The notes below the pieces were generated by a model. That model ran no database searches. It saw only the letters and a list, made by a program, of their open reading frames with translations, and was not told the origin of the DNA. Shown here piece after piece: positions 8,015 through 16,489 of a DNA stretch of 57,574 nt (the stretch's first letter is position 1; each line of letters begins with the position of its first letter). Origin of the DNA: an uncultured Bacillales bacterium. GTDB lineage: Bacteria > Bacillota_I > Bacilli_A > RF39 > UBA660. The stretch covers positions 1 to 57,574 of the forward strand of contig CAMOQR010000003.1 of NCBI GenBank assembly GCA_946623125.1. The letters run 5' to 3'. The position numbers were made by a program, and so were the translations under genes.

Positions 8015-9964
8015 TTATTGCAAGTCAGATAATTCTTCTTGATTTCTTGCAGTATAAGATTCTACGTTGTCTTGATAGTAGTCATCTTCTAATTCTTCGC
8101 CCGAATCATTACTACTATAATTAACTTCTACAGTGTCTTCATCGCCATTCCAATCTTCTGAGGTTGAAAAGTCATCATCTTCATATATAAACTCATCGTC
8201 TTCATCATCTGTTGAGTTATTCTTTTCACGATCAATATATGCTTTTGCGCCAATTCCTGCGGCTGCAGCAGCACTAAGCCCTGCAGCAATTGGAATAACT
8301 GAGCTTCCTTTTTTCTTTTTATTAACATTTGTAGGTGTCGTTGAAGTCGGAATCTTACTATACTTACTTCCATTTATTACATCATTCATTGCAGAATCTC
8401 TTGTTGCAGCATCATCTAATTCATCATCATGCGTTTCATCGAAATCATCAAATATTTCTTCATCTGTTTTTTCTAATGCTTGTAGAGTTTCTGCTTTTTC
8501 AAGTTCATTTACTTTTACACCATTGTCATATGTATATTCATCGTCTCCATATGCACCACCTGCATGAGAAGAATTTCCATCTTTTGGATTATCAGGGTCC
8601 TCATATTCAAATATTTTTTCTTTTTCAGTTGGTGGATCTTCTTGTCCTTTAATGCCCCATTCTTCGTTTGGAGTTGTTGGATTATTCGGATATTGATATC
8701 CTCCATTTACTCCACGTTGACCTCCTTCATCTGCTCTTGGATATGTTGGAATATCCGGTGCTTCTTTTGTTCCTGGAGGATTTTCTTGCGCTGGAGCAGT
8801 TGTTGGAATTGTGTCTGGAATTGTTGTTGGTACAGTTCCTAAAAGGTTCGGAGTTGTGGCTGGATTTGTCTCAGGTGTGGTTGTTGTTATTGTAGCAGGT
8901 GTTTGTTCTCCAGAAGTAGTTCCTCCGCCACCTGGTGTATTTCCACCACCTTCTACTTCTCGTTTTTGTATTTCTTTGTCGCCACCTTCTATTGGTATTT
9001 CTTGTTTTTGTTCTGGATCTTCTATTACTTCTGGAAGCTTTGTCTTTTCTTCTCCATCTTTAGGTATCCCGTCTTTTTTTGGCTCATCTATTATCGTTTC
9101 TACTTTGTTACTAAATTGTTGGTCAGCCATTTTACTTTTTTGAAGTCTTGCATCATTTAATAATGTTGCAGCGGCTGCTGCACCAGCAGTTGATGCAACT
9201 GTTCCACCTAAATGGGCCCCGGCAACTGTTCCAAGTCCTTGAATTATACCTGTTACTAATCCTGTTCCCATCGCCGCATTATAGCTTTGACCATTTTTAA
9301 GACCTTGTTCCACTCCATAACCAAATCCTGATGCGGCAGTTAGTGCTGGACTACCCAATAGCATTAATCCTGCTGTTTTACCTACTATTTTTGTGGCTCC
9401 TGCTATTGCACTATCTTCCGTAATAATACTTTTTTTTGCAAAATCACTTTTATAATACACATTAAATAAATCATGTGAAAGATCTTTTTTTACAAAGTTT
9501 GCAATATCGTTTTGAAATTTTTCAAATCCTAATCCTCCTGCACCCCATCCAACTATGGATACTGCTGTATCTAAAATTCCTTCCCCAACAGATGTAAATC
9601 CTTCTCCCAGTTTTGAAAGAACCATTGCTCCTCCACTTAAAACTTTTGAAAAAGGATCACTTTCACTATAGATTTTAATGGTATCCGCTTTATCATTTAA
9701 TTGTTTTCCTAGAGATTGAATCGTTTCAGTTATCGATTCAAATAATGAATCATAGCTATTTATTTGTATTGTTCCTACGTAGTCTGAAACACCATTTACA
9801 CTATTTACTTCTTGGATAGCTGCTTTTACCTCTTCTTCTGCTTGTTTTACTACTGTCGTTGATATATTGTTAAGTTCTTCAACAACTATTTCTACTTTAT
9901 CAAAATTGGCATATACGTCTGCTTCTTTTTCACTATGCCCTGTAAGCCACGAAAAAAAGCCCAT
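8015..9964 (-). CDS. giant T7SS-substrate-like protein, paralog 2 (same architecture as 4641-7496 but shorter)
   Basis: MGFFSWLTGHSEKEADVYANFDK... with no signal peptide. Features: a Gly/Ala-rich hydrophobic stretch, a Pro/Thr/Glu-rich region, a C-terminal SSVIPIAAGLSAAAAAGIGAKAY TM and an acidic DDEDDEFIYEDDDF tail. Confidence 0.75.
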   Translation of the reverse strand: MGFFSWLTGHSEKEADVYANFDKVEIVVEELNNISTTVVKQAEEEVKAAIQEVNSVNGVSDYVGTIQINSYDSLFESITETIQSLGKQLNDKADTIKIYSESDPFSKVLSGGAMVLSKLGEGFTSVGEGILDTAVSIVGWGAGGLGFEKFQNDIANFVKKDLSHDLFNVYYKSDFAKKSIITEDSAIAGATKIVGKTAGLMLLGSPALTAASGFGYGVEQGLKNGQSYNAAMGTGLVTGIIQGLGTVAGAHLGGTVASTAGAAAAATLLNDARLQKSKMADQQFSNKVETIIDEPKKDGIPKDGEEKTKLPEVIEDPEQKQEIPIEGGDKEIQKREVEGGGNTPGGGGTTSGEQTPATITTTTPETNPATTPNLLGTVPTTIPDTIPTTAPAQENPPGTKEAPDIPTYPRADEGGQRGVNGGYQYPNNPTTPNEEWGIKGQEDPPTEKEKIFEYEDPDNPKDGNSSHAGGAYGDDEYTYDNGVKVNELEKAETLQALEKTDEEIFDDFDETHDDELDDAATRDSAMNDVINGSKYSKIPTSTTPTNVNKKKKGSSVIPIAAGLSAAAAAGIGAKAYIDREKNNSTDDEDDEFIYEDDDFSTSEDWNGDEDTVEVNYSSNDSGEELEDDYYQDNVESYTARNQEELSDLQ

Positions 9965-9978
9965 AAGCTCTCACCTTC

Positions 9979-10380
9979 CTATCCAGTTACTCTCACTACT
10001 CCACTATGAGTTTTTACTGCTATATATGCTTGTTCATTTGCCAACTGTTGTAACTCATCATGTTTTCTGATTGATGCTTCATATAATTCATGGAAACTTT
10101 CTACAACTTGGGAAGGAATTTGAGCAATAGAGTCTGCTGTATCTTCAATGGCTCCTGTCATTTTTGTTCCTTGTACAATAATGGCTTCATTTGCATCATT
10201 ACTCATATCTCTTAACGCACTTGCAATTCGATTCATTGATTCTGTAAATACACTCTCTAAATTTTCAAGTGCTTTTAGTACTTCAACAGGATTAATTTTT
10301 GTTGTGGCATCTTCTGCTTGACATGAGGCAATACATTTTGATTCCCTATTATATCCATAATACTTTCTTGGTGCTAGCAT
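9979..10380 (-). CDS. hypothetical helical protein (~133 aa)
   Basis: Start moved to MLAPRKYYGY (ATG at 10380) behind a GGGGAG RBS. The longer track ORF would read through a strong hairpin. Confidence 0.5.
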   Translation of the reverse strand: MLAPRKYYGYNRESKCIASCQAEDATTKINPVEVLKALENLESVFTESMNRIASALRDMSNDANEAIIVQGTKMTGAIEDTADSIAQIPSQVVESFHELYEASIRKHDELQQLANEQAYIAVKTHSGVVRVTG

Positions 10381-10404
10381 TTTATCACTCCCCTTTTTTT
10401 GTAA

Positions 10405-10462
10405 TGTATAGGAAAGAGAGAACCTCGGTTCTCTTCTTCCTATACATTGCATAATTGCAATG
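10405..10462 (-). promoter_or_regulatory. intra-operon RNA structure: 20-bp imperfect hairpin plus adjacent 7-bp hairpin
   Basis: tgtataggaaagagagaacc/tc/ggttctcttcttcctataca (two central mismatches), then cattgca/taat/tgcaatg. No U-tract follows on the minus-strand transcript. Confidence 0.6.
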
Positions 10463-10466
10463 TATT

Positions 10467-10757
10467 TTATCCGTTTTGTTCATTACTGTATGCAAGAGAT
10501 TCAGCAACGATATTACGTATATTTTCTGCAGATAATTCCATAGCAGCTAATGTTCCTGGAATATCATCATTTTGATATTTATTCCAATTTTGTAATAAAG
10601 TATCAGCCCATGCTGTTTTGATGTTTCCACCAGCATATCTTCTCATTACTCCATCAAAATCTTCAAATGCAGTTTTCATTTGTCTAGTTACTCTTAAAAT
10701 TTCATCAGCATCTGAAAGTGCATTTGCTGTATCTGTAATTTCAATATTATTTTGCAT
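10467..10757 (-). CDS. WXG100-superfamily-like small helical-hairpin protein (96 aa; possibly Lap1/DUF3130-like)
   Basis: ~100-aa size with predicted helix-turn-helix composition, a central ...GGNIKTAWAD... turn and an FEDFD (FxxxD-type) motif. It sits two genes upstream of the first giant substrate-like gene. Confidence 0.5.
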   Translation of the reverse strand: MQNNIEITDTANALSDADEILRVTRQMKTAFEDFDGVMRRYAGGNIKTAWADTLLQNWNKYQNDDIPGTLAAMELSAENIRNIVAESLAYSNEQNG

Positions 10758-10781
10758 AATGTTATAATACTCCTTTCTTTA

Positions 10782-11075
10782 TTATCTCATATTTCCCATA
10801 ACGTTATTAATTGTTTGTCCTAACTGTTGACCTTTATCACCTAAATATTGTTCTGCTTTTTGAAGTTCATCTCTAATAGCATTAAAAATATCTTCTTTTG
10901 AATCAAATTTTTGTTTTAGGCTGTCAGCAAGTGGTCCTCTAATTGATTTTGTAGATGCATTTTGCATTACTGTTGATAGTGCATTATAACTCTTAATATA
11001 GTTAGATGCTGCTTGACCTACTTCATCTTCCAATGTTCTAATATCATTTTGATCTACAACTACTGTTTCTCCCAT
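10782..11075 (-). CDS. WXG100-superfamily-like small helical-hairpin protein (97 aa, degenerate WxG = IRG)
   Basis: ~100 aa. The central SIRGPLADSLKQKF aligns by eye with the EsxA-type WEGQAFSRFEEQF turn. First gene of the module, with a strong RBS. Confidence 0.5.
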   Translation of the reverse strand: MGETVVVDQNDIRTLEDEVGQAASNYIKSYNALSTVMQNASTKSIRGPLADSLKQKFDSKEDIFNAIRDELQKAEQYLGDKGQQLGQTINNVMGNMR

Positions 11076-11146
11076 ATTCTTTTCACCTCCTAATTTTTAT
11101 TTAAGAATATGTTTTCCTTCAATCCGAACCCATATCCTATGTCTTC

Positions 11147-11175
11147 ATTGTATATTTTTTTTTTAACTTAATCAA
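11147..11175 (-). promoter_or_regulatory. candidate sigma-A promoter of the T7SS-style module
   Basis: Minus strand TTGATT (11170-11175), 17 nt spacer, TACAAT (11147-11152), about 70 nt upstream of the first small gene. Confidence 0.4.
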
Positions 11176-11313
11176 GTATTTTCTATATTTTCTTAACATT
11201 TTTTTACATTCTCTTTTTCTTGTTAATCCTTTTTCATTTTTATATTTTTATATCGATTCGTATTTTTTTGCATATCTTATAGTATAGAGCTTATCTCTAT
11301 AGAAAGGAGTTAT

Positions 11314-11691
11314 ATGGAAAATAATTATATTCATGAAATTATTTGTAAAATCTTAATGTTGCAACATCAAGATTTTGATTCTGATCTATCTAGTTGTGAT
11401 AAACCATTTTTAGGTCCAAGTATTCCAAATTCTGTTTATAATACTAGACCAATTCAATTATACAATTCTTATACTGCTACTCCTTGGAGTTTTTCCTATA
11501 CTTCAGATGGAACAACTTCCTCTAGTGATATTTTTCGAATTGAATCCTGTGATACTGGTACAGTAACTGTTCGTCTCTTATCTTATGATGTTGCTAGTAA
11601 CACTTATACCAATTTAAATCAATTTGTGACTATTCGATTTGATACCATTGGTGCAATTCGTTGTTTACCGGATACTTTCATTACATTATAA
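11314..11691 (+). CDS. spore coat/exosporium protein, CotY/CotZ/ExsY family-like
   Basis: Pattern I..I..LQ...(C)...LG....NTRP..LY...P...FRIE....T.RLL.......AIRCL parallels B. subtilis CotZ (LQ..C..C..LL...DTVPF...FRVE...CATL.LL...CAINCL). Confidence 0.6.
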   Translation: MENNYIHEIICKILMLQHQDFDSDLSSCDKPFLGPSIPNSVYNTRPIQLYNSYTATPWSFSYTSDGTTSSSDIFRIESCDTGTVTVRLLSYDVASNTYTNLNQFVTIRFDTIGAIRCLPDTFITL

Positions 11692-11724
11692 AAGAATATC
11701 CATTTTTTACGGATATTCTTTTTC
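11690..11724. terminator. bidirectional terminator between convergent genes
   Basis: aagaatatcc / attttttac / ggatattctt, flanked by A/T runs on both sides. Confidence 0.6.
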
Positions 11725-11982
11725 TATTTCAACAATTTCATTTATTGGTATTCTGTTACTATCAACTGTTATAATCTCTTTCTCCGTTTTATCTATTATA
11801 TATGTTTTATATTCTTTTTCTTTTGTTTTGATTATCATTTTATTATGATATAACAGATTTCTATTTTGGAATAATTCATTTATTTTATCTTCTATATTAC
11901 CCTCTTTTACATAACAATATTTTTTATTATTTTGTGAAATATTTTTCGAATTTGTTTTATATATATTATCTATTTTATTCAT
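11707..11982 (-). CDS. hypothetical protein (91 aa)
   Basis: ORF only; Lys/Asn/Ile-rich; no motif recognised. Confidence 0.35.
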   Translation of the reverse strand: MNKIDNIYKTNSKNISQNNKKYCYVKEGNIEDKINELFQNRNLLYHNKMIIKTKEKEYKTYIIDKTEKEIITVDSNRIPINEIVEIEKEYP

Positions 11983-12034
11983 TTTTTCTCCTCACTTTAT
12001 TTTATGATTTTTACTAATAAAAATACTATCTTTT

Positions 12035-12043
12035 TGATATAAT
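12035..12043 (+). promoter_or_regulatory. extended -10 promoter element (TGaTATAAT) upstream of the SEDS gene
   Basis: tttTGaTATAAT lies 18 nt upstream of the GGGTGG RBS/ATG. No good -35 element. Confidence 0.35.
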
Positions 12044-12061
12044 ATTACTAAGGGTGGTCAT

Positions 12062-13189
12062 ATGAGACAAAATAAACTTAATTATTCTATTTTAATTCCT
12101 ATTATATTATTATCTTTAATTAGTATTATAACAATTTATAGTGCTTTGACTTATACGTCTCCTTCCTTGGGAAATTTGGCTCTTAAGCAGGCTATTTGGT
12201 ATTTTGTTGGATGGATATTAGTTTTTATTTTGATGAGACTAAAAAATGATTATTTATACCAACGAACATGGATTTTATATATTTTTGGAAATGTTCTATT
12301 AGTTGGTTTACTTTTATTTGCAGATCCTATTAATAATAGTAAATGTTGGTTTGTTATACCTGGCATTGGAAGTATTCAACCTAGTGAGTTTATGAAAATA
12401 TTTATTATGCTTACTTTGGCCACTATGATTCATAATTTTAAAAGTGATTATATAAGTCCCACTTGGAAAGATGAGTTTCTTTTTTTACTAAAGACTTTTA
12501 TTATTGTTTTAATCCCATCTATTTTAACATTTCTACAACCGGATACTGGTTGTGTTATTTTGTATTTTGTTATTTATATTTCCATGATTTTTGTTTCAGG
12601 AATTCGTCTTAGATGGTTTCTTATTGGATTATTCATTTTATTAGGCTTTGGTAGTATTTTCTTATATCTTTATTACTTTAAGGAAAATATTTTTATTTCG
12701 ATTTTTGGTTCTTCTATTTATTATCGTCTTGAAAGAGTTTTTAACTGGAGTGATGGTTCTGGTTTACAGCTTGAAAATGCTCTTACGGCAATCGGTTCTG
12801 CTGGATTGTTTGGCCATGGTTATAATCATACACCAATTTATTTTCCCGAATCTAGTACAGACTTTATATTTGCTGTTTTTGCATCTAATTTTGGTTTTAT
12901 AGGTGTCATAATCTTATTATTCATTATTCTTACTTTAGATGTTAGTATTTTTGCTTTATCTAAGAAGAAAATTGAAGATACAGATCAGTTTGTTATTTCT
13001 GGTATTCTTGGAATGTTATTCTTTCAGCAGATACAAAATATTGGTATGACTTTGGGCCTTCTTCCTATTATGGGTATTACTTTACCATTTGTTTCTTATG
13101 GTGGTAGTAGTTTATTATCTTATATGTTAATTGTTGGAATATTATTAAATATTTCAAAAAAGAAAAATAGAACTTATCGTTATAAATAA
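12062..13189 (+). CDS. SEDS-family peptidoglycan glycosyltransferase (FtsW/RodA/SpoVE)
   Basis: About 10 TM segments, QPSEFMK, LQPDTG and C-terminal GITLPFVSYGGSS signature. Confidence 0.85.
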   Translation: MRQNKLNYSILIPIILLSLISIITIYSALTYTSPSLGNLALKQAIWYFVGWILVFILMRLKNDYLYQRTWILYIFGNVLLVGLLLFADPINNSKCWFVIPGIGSIQPSEFMKIFIMLTLATMIHNFKSDYISPTWKDEFLFLLKTFIIVLIPSILTFLQPDTGCVILYFVIYISMIFVSGIRLRWFLIGLFILLGFGSIFLYLYYFKENIFISIFGSSIYYRLERVFNWSDGSGLQLENALTAIGSAGLFGHGYNHTPIYFPESSTDFIFAVFASNFGFIGVIILLFIILTLDVSIFALSKKKIEDTDQFVISGILGMLFFQQIQNIGMTLGLLPIMGITLPFVSYGGSSLLSYMLIVGILLNISKKKNRTYRYK

Positions 13190-13204
13190 GTTCTATTTTT
13201 TTCT
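13161..13204. terminator. bidirectional terminator formed by the 3' coding ends of convergent genes
   Basis: agaaaaatagaacttat / cgttataa / ataagttctattttt: a 15-bp perfect stem spanning both stop codons. Confidence 0.6.
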
Positions 13205-14197
13205 TAATACTTCTTCATATACTTCACGTAGCTGTTTTCCAACATTCCGGATATCTCTTTCTTGGGCTACTTTGTAGGCTTCTTTCCCTACTGGTGGTAA
13301 TTCCTTATTAATAATCTTTTTGATCTTATCTTCAAATTCATCTATATTTTTTGCTTTATATACATTTTTTCCGTCTTCTAACCAATCTTCAAATATTGGG
13401 ATATCTCTAATAACGGATGTTGCCTCACAAGCACAGGCTTCAATGATTGGGATTCCTTCTGTTTCTTCATATGTTGGGAATAAATAAATATCGCATCCAT
13501 TCATGGCTTCCACAATAATAGATTGTTCTACATATCCTGCAAAAACTAAATTATCTAATTTTGTATTTACGGCTTTTCTTACATCTTTTGTTGTTGCGGA
13601 TAACGGACTATAACCAAACCAGATGAATTTATATTCTGGCATTCTTTTTGCTAGTTCCACAAAATCAATAATTCCTTTTCTTTCTATATATAATCCTACT
13701 CCAACAATTACTTTATCATCTTCGCTATAATGATATCTCTCACGAAATCTTTTTCTTGCTAATTCATCTTTTTTAAATTTATCTAACTCAATTCCATTTG
13801 ATATTGCATATATTTTATTTTTAATTCCATATCCTTCTAATAATTTTTTAGAGTATGGAGTTGGAGTAATGATTACATCTCCTAATGTATAGCATTTTAT
13901 TATCCATTTTTTAAATGCTGGTGAAATTTGTTTTGAAAAAATGAATCCTTTTTTAAAATCTTCTTCTGTCGAATGAGCATGATATACAACTTTTTTACCT
14001 TTTTTATGGGCTTGTTTTGCAAGAGCAAATGAGTTTGGTCCATAGAAGTTAATATGAACGATATCATAATCATCTTTTAAAGAAGTTGTATATTCAATAT
14101 TTTCGTATTCAAGGGCTTTCATTTGATGATTAATTGCTTTTCCTAACCCACTTTTTGAAAATATTTTTTCTCCCTCTGTATATAATAGAACTTTCAT
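13193..14197 (-). CDS. GT4-family glycosyltransferase (glycolipid/wall polymer synthase type)
   Basis: GT-B fold hallmarks with the E-x7-E motif region ETEGIPIIEA. ~334 aa. Confidence 0.7.
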   Translation of the reverse strand: MKVLLYTEGEKIFSKSGLGKAINHQMKALEYENIEYTTSLKDDYDIVHINFYGPNSFALAKQAHKKGKKVVYHAHSTEEDFKKGFIFSKQISPAFKKWIIKCYTLGDVIITPTPYSKKLLEGYGIKNKIYAISNGIELDKFKKDELARKRFRERYHYSEDDKVIVGVGLYIERKGIIDFVELAKRMPEYKFIWFGYSPLSATTKDVRKAVNTKLDNLVFAGYVEQSIIVEAMNGCDIYLFPTYEETEGIPIIEACACEATSVIRDIPIFEDWLEDGKNVYKAKNIDEFEDKIKKIINKELPPVGKEAYKVAQERDIRNVGKQLREVYEEVLRKK

Positions 14198-14263
14198 TTT
14201 TTCATCTCCACATTTATTATATCTAAGGATAATAAAAAAGACAAGTTTTGCCTTTTTTACTAA

Positions 14264-15064
14264 CTAAATTTGTTTTCTTCCACAATGAGCACAAAACTCT
14301 CCTGTAACAATTTTACCACATCCAGGACAAAATTTATTTCTAAATTTAATTTTTCTGTTATGTTTTGACATAATGCTTAATTTTCTAAATGATAAAATAT
14401 ATAAAATAATAACAAAGATTATAAAGGCCGTTACTAAAATATCATATCCTGACATTAAACAAAAATCATATATTCCATGTAAAATCATTGGAACGATTAT
14501 ACTCATTGTTAAGTATTTTTTTTCTTCTTTTCTCTTTTTTCTTAATCCAAATTGTTTGGCAACACTTAAGTAATATCCCATAAAGATTGCATCACATGCA
14601 TGACCTGGTACTGCTGATATTCCTCTTAAAATGGCTGTTTCAATACTATAGGTACTAATAACGTATAAAATGTTTTCTACAAAAGCAAAACCTAATGAGA
14701 CAAAGACAGAATAGATAATTCCATCATATAGTTCATCAAAGGCCCTATGATGATATGCTCCCATATATACCATAAGCCATTTACAAAACTCTTCTACCAA
14801 TGCTACTCCAAAGAATGCATAGAGCAAGATATCTACTACACTTCGATAACTTTTTTCTGTGTCCATAAATGGAAGAAATAATTCCATAAAGTTTGATATC
14901 AATAGAACTAAAATACAAGAGATAAAGCCAAAGAAAAATAGTTTTATTAATAAAGTCATTGGTTCTTTATTTTTATCTTTTAAGTATACAATCATTAAAA
15001 TAATTACAACTGGTATGATTGCTAAAAAAAGTAAGAATGAAATAGGTATATATTCTTCAGTCAT
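14264..15064 (-). CDS. PrsW-family intramembrane protease with C-terminal zinc-ribbon
   Basis: Start moved to MTEEYIP behind an AGGAGGGG RBS. Polytopic, with EEFCKW and HGIYDF motifs. C-terminal CPGCG...CAHCG. Confidence 0.7.
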   Translation of the reverse strand: MTEEYIPISFLLFLAIIPVVIILMIVYLKDKNKEPMTLLIKLFFFGFISCILVLLISNFMELFLPFMDTEKSYRSVVDILLYAFFGVALVEEFCKWLMVYMGAYHHRAFDELYDGIIYSVFVSLGFAFVENILYVISTYSIETAILRGISAVPGHACDAIFMGYYLSVAKQFGLRKKRKEEKKYLTMSIIVPMILHGIYDFCLMSGYDILVTAFIIFVIILYILSFRKLSIMSKHNRKIKFRNKFCPGCGKIVTGEFCAHCGRKQI

Positions 15065-15136
15065 TTTTACCCCTCCTATTATTATATAGTATATCATGAC
15101 TTTTCCTTTATTTTTATTTTTTTTGCTTTTTCTTTA

Positions 15137-15167
15137 CAAAAAAAATCAAACTATAATAGCTTGATTT
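15137..15167 (-). terminator. terminator downstream of tRNA-Arg
   Basis: Minus strand AAATCAA-N10-TTGATTT followed by T8. Confidence 0.55.
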
Positions 15168-15176
15168 ATTTCATAA

Positions 15177-15253
15177 TGGTGTCCACGAGGCGACTCGAAC
15201 GCCTGACCGATCGCTTAGAAGGCGATTGCTCTATCCAGCTGAGCTACGTAGAC
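15177..15253 (-). tRNA. tRNA-Arg (anticodon UCU), CCA encoded
   Basis: The reverse complement folds as a cloverleaf. Acceptor GTCTACG/CGTGGAC, D arm GCTC..GAGC, anticodon stem ATCGC/GCGAT with loop CTTCTAA, T arm AGGCG-TTCGAGT-CGCCT, ending ACCA. 77 nt. Confidence 0.9.
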
Positions 15254-15316
15254 ATAACTCGTGACACCATAAATTATAATATAAAAGCATTTGAAAAACA
15301 AGTGTTTTTTTCACTT

Positions 15317-16195
15317 TTAGCCATCTTTTGAGATTAATTTATCTATTTTTCCATTTACTTTAAATAAAACTGATGAAATATCATAATTAGAAAAGACAGA
15401 ATAGGCAATTGTATTTAAGACTTCTTCTTTTTTATCATCTATTATTTTTTCATTTAAATCAATCATGAATACATTATTTTCTTCTTCATAGTTTATCATT
15501 TCTACTTTGGGATTTAAATAACTTATTAAATTGGTGGGAATATTATCTTTTAATTCATCCATAATTATATCTATCTTTTCTCTATCATCACTTATATATT
15601 TTGTAACTGGTAAATAATATTCTTCATCATTTAATAATTCATTATAGTAAACTACAACCTTTTGAATATTATTTCGATTCATTATTTTGTTTTCTAAGTT
15701 GATGGGAAAATCTTCATCTAAATCATTTTCATATCCTTTAATAGATTCTCCTTCTATTTTTAATTTTATTTTTTCAATGGATTTCGAATCAATTAAGGAG
15801 TGAACCATTCCAGAAATTGTTTGTTCTAAATTATTTGTTTTTAAAAAATCTTTTGATAAATTTAATGATAATACTTTATTATCTAGACTTTGTTCTATTA
15901 TTTTTGTTTTTTCTGGGATATATCCATTAAAATTATGATCCATATTCGTGTTTGTCTTTTTTAAGTATTCTATTATATTATATACTGTTTTTTCTACGCT
16001 CGTGTTTTCTATAAATACGTCTACTTCTACTAAATATTGATTATTATCTAATAAGTATACTGTTTTATTTTTTATTCCTGTTGTATTTTCCAACACAAGG
16101 TTTGTTTTTAATACTTTTTCTTTTGGTATTTTTATTATTGTTATCATACTTATCATTCCAAATATTATCCATACTATTATGAATAATTTTTTCAT
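15317..16195 (-). CDS. GerM-domain sporulation/germination protein (N-terminal membrane anchor)
   Basis: N-terminal TM plus two regions resembling GerM repeats (e.g. VVVYYNE...YYLPVTKYI...IMDELK). Confidence 0.55.
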   Translation of the reverse strand: MKKLFIIVWIIFGMISMITIIKIPKEKVLKTNLVLENTTGIKNKTVYLLDNNQYLVEVDVFIENTSVEKTVYNIIEYLKKTNTNMDHNFNGYIPEKTKIIEQSLDNKVLSLNLSKDFLKTNNLEQTISGMVHSLIDSKSIEKIKLKIEGESIKGYENDLDEDFPINLENKIMNRNNIQKVVVYYNELLNDEEYYLPVTKYISDDREKIDIIMDELKDNIPTNLISYLNPKVEMINYEEENNVFMIDLNEKIIDDKKEEVLNTIAYSVFSNYDISSVLFKVNGKIDKLISKDG

Positions 16196-16242
16196 AGAAT
16201 CACCCTTTTTAATCTATGAAATAAGTGTACTTTTTAGTACAC

Positions 16243-16446
16243 TTAAATCACTAATTCATTTAATTTTATTAATTCAACAACAGTACTTGCTCTTCCTTTG
16301 GTTCCTAGTTTTTGCATTACATTGGAAATATGATTTCTAACTGTTTTTTCACTTATATTTAAACGCTGTGCAATTTCTTTTGTTGTGTAGTTTTCTATCA
16401 ATAGTTTGAATATTTCTTTTTCTCTTACTGTTAGAATATTATTCAT
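16243..16446 (-). CDS. GerE/LuxR-type stand-alone HTH transcription regulator (67 aa)
   Basis: LTVREKEIFKLL..YTTKEIAQRLNISEKTVRNHISNVMQKLG is the LuxR C-terminal HTH signature. The size matches GerE-like proteins. Confidence 0.8.
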   Translation of the reverse strand: MNNILTVREKEIFKLLIENYTTKEIAQRLNISEKTVRNHISNVMQKLGTKGRASTVVELIKLNELVI

Positions 16447-16489
16447 AAAACCACCTAAATTATTGTATGTTCTTTAAAAAAATTGGTGT

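Noticed and set aside
4873-9160. Many long plus- and minus-strand alternative ORFs inside the two giant genes (e.g. 5444-5986, 6766-6987, 8133-8567, 8811-9143, 8128-8373)
   Set aside because: They fall in the low-complexity (Gly/Ala/Pro/Thr) coding tracts, where stop codons are rare in all frames. They have no RBS, and their products are repetitive L/F/H or V/G/P strings. I treat them as frame artefacts.
11230-11313. Possible mother-cell sigma (SigK/SigE-type) promoter, gCATAtctTA, upstream of the CotZ-like gene
   Set aside because: Only the -10-like CATA-N3-TA is visible. I could not find a convincing -35 at the right spacing, and in such AT-rich DNA the match is not significant on its own.
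14198-14263. Terminator after the PrsW-like gene (aaggcaaaacttgtctt)
   Set aside because: The stem is only ~6 bp and needs a G-U pair, so the signal is weak. It is not reported as a feature.
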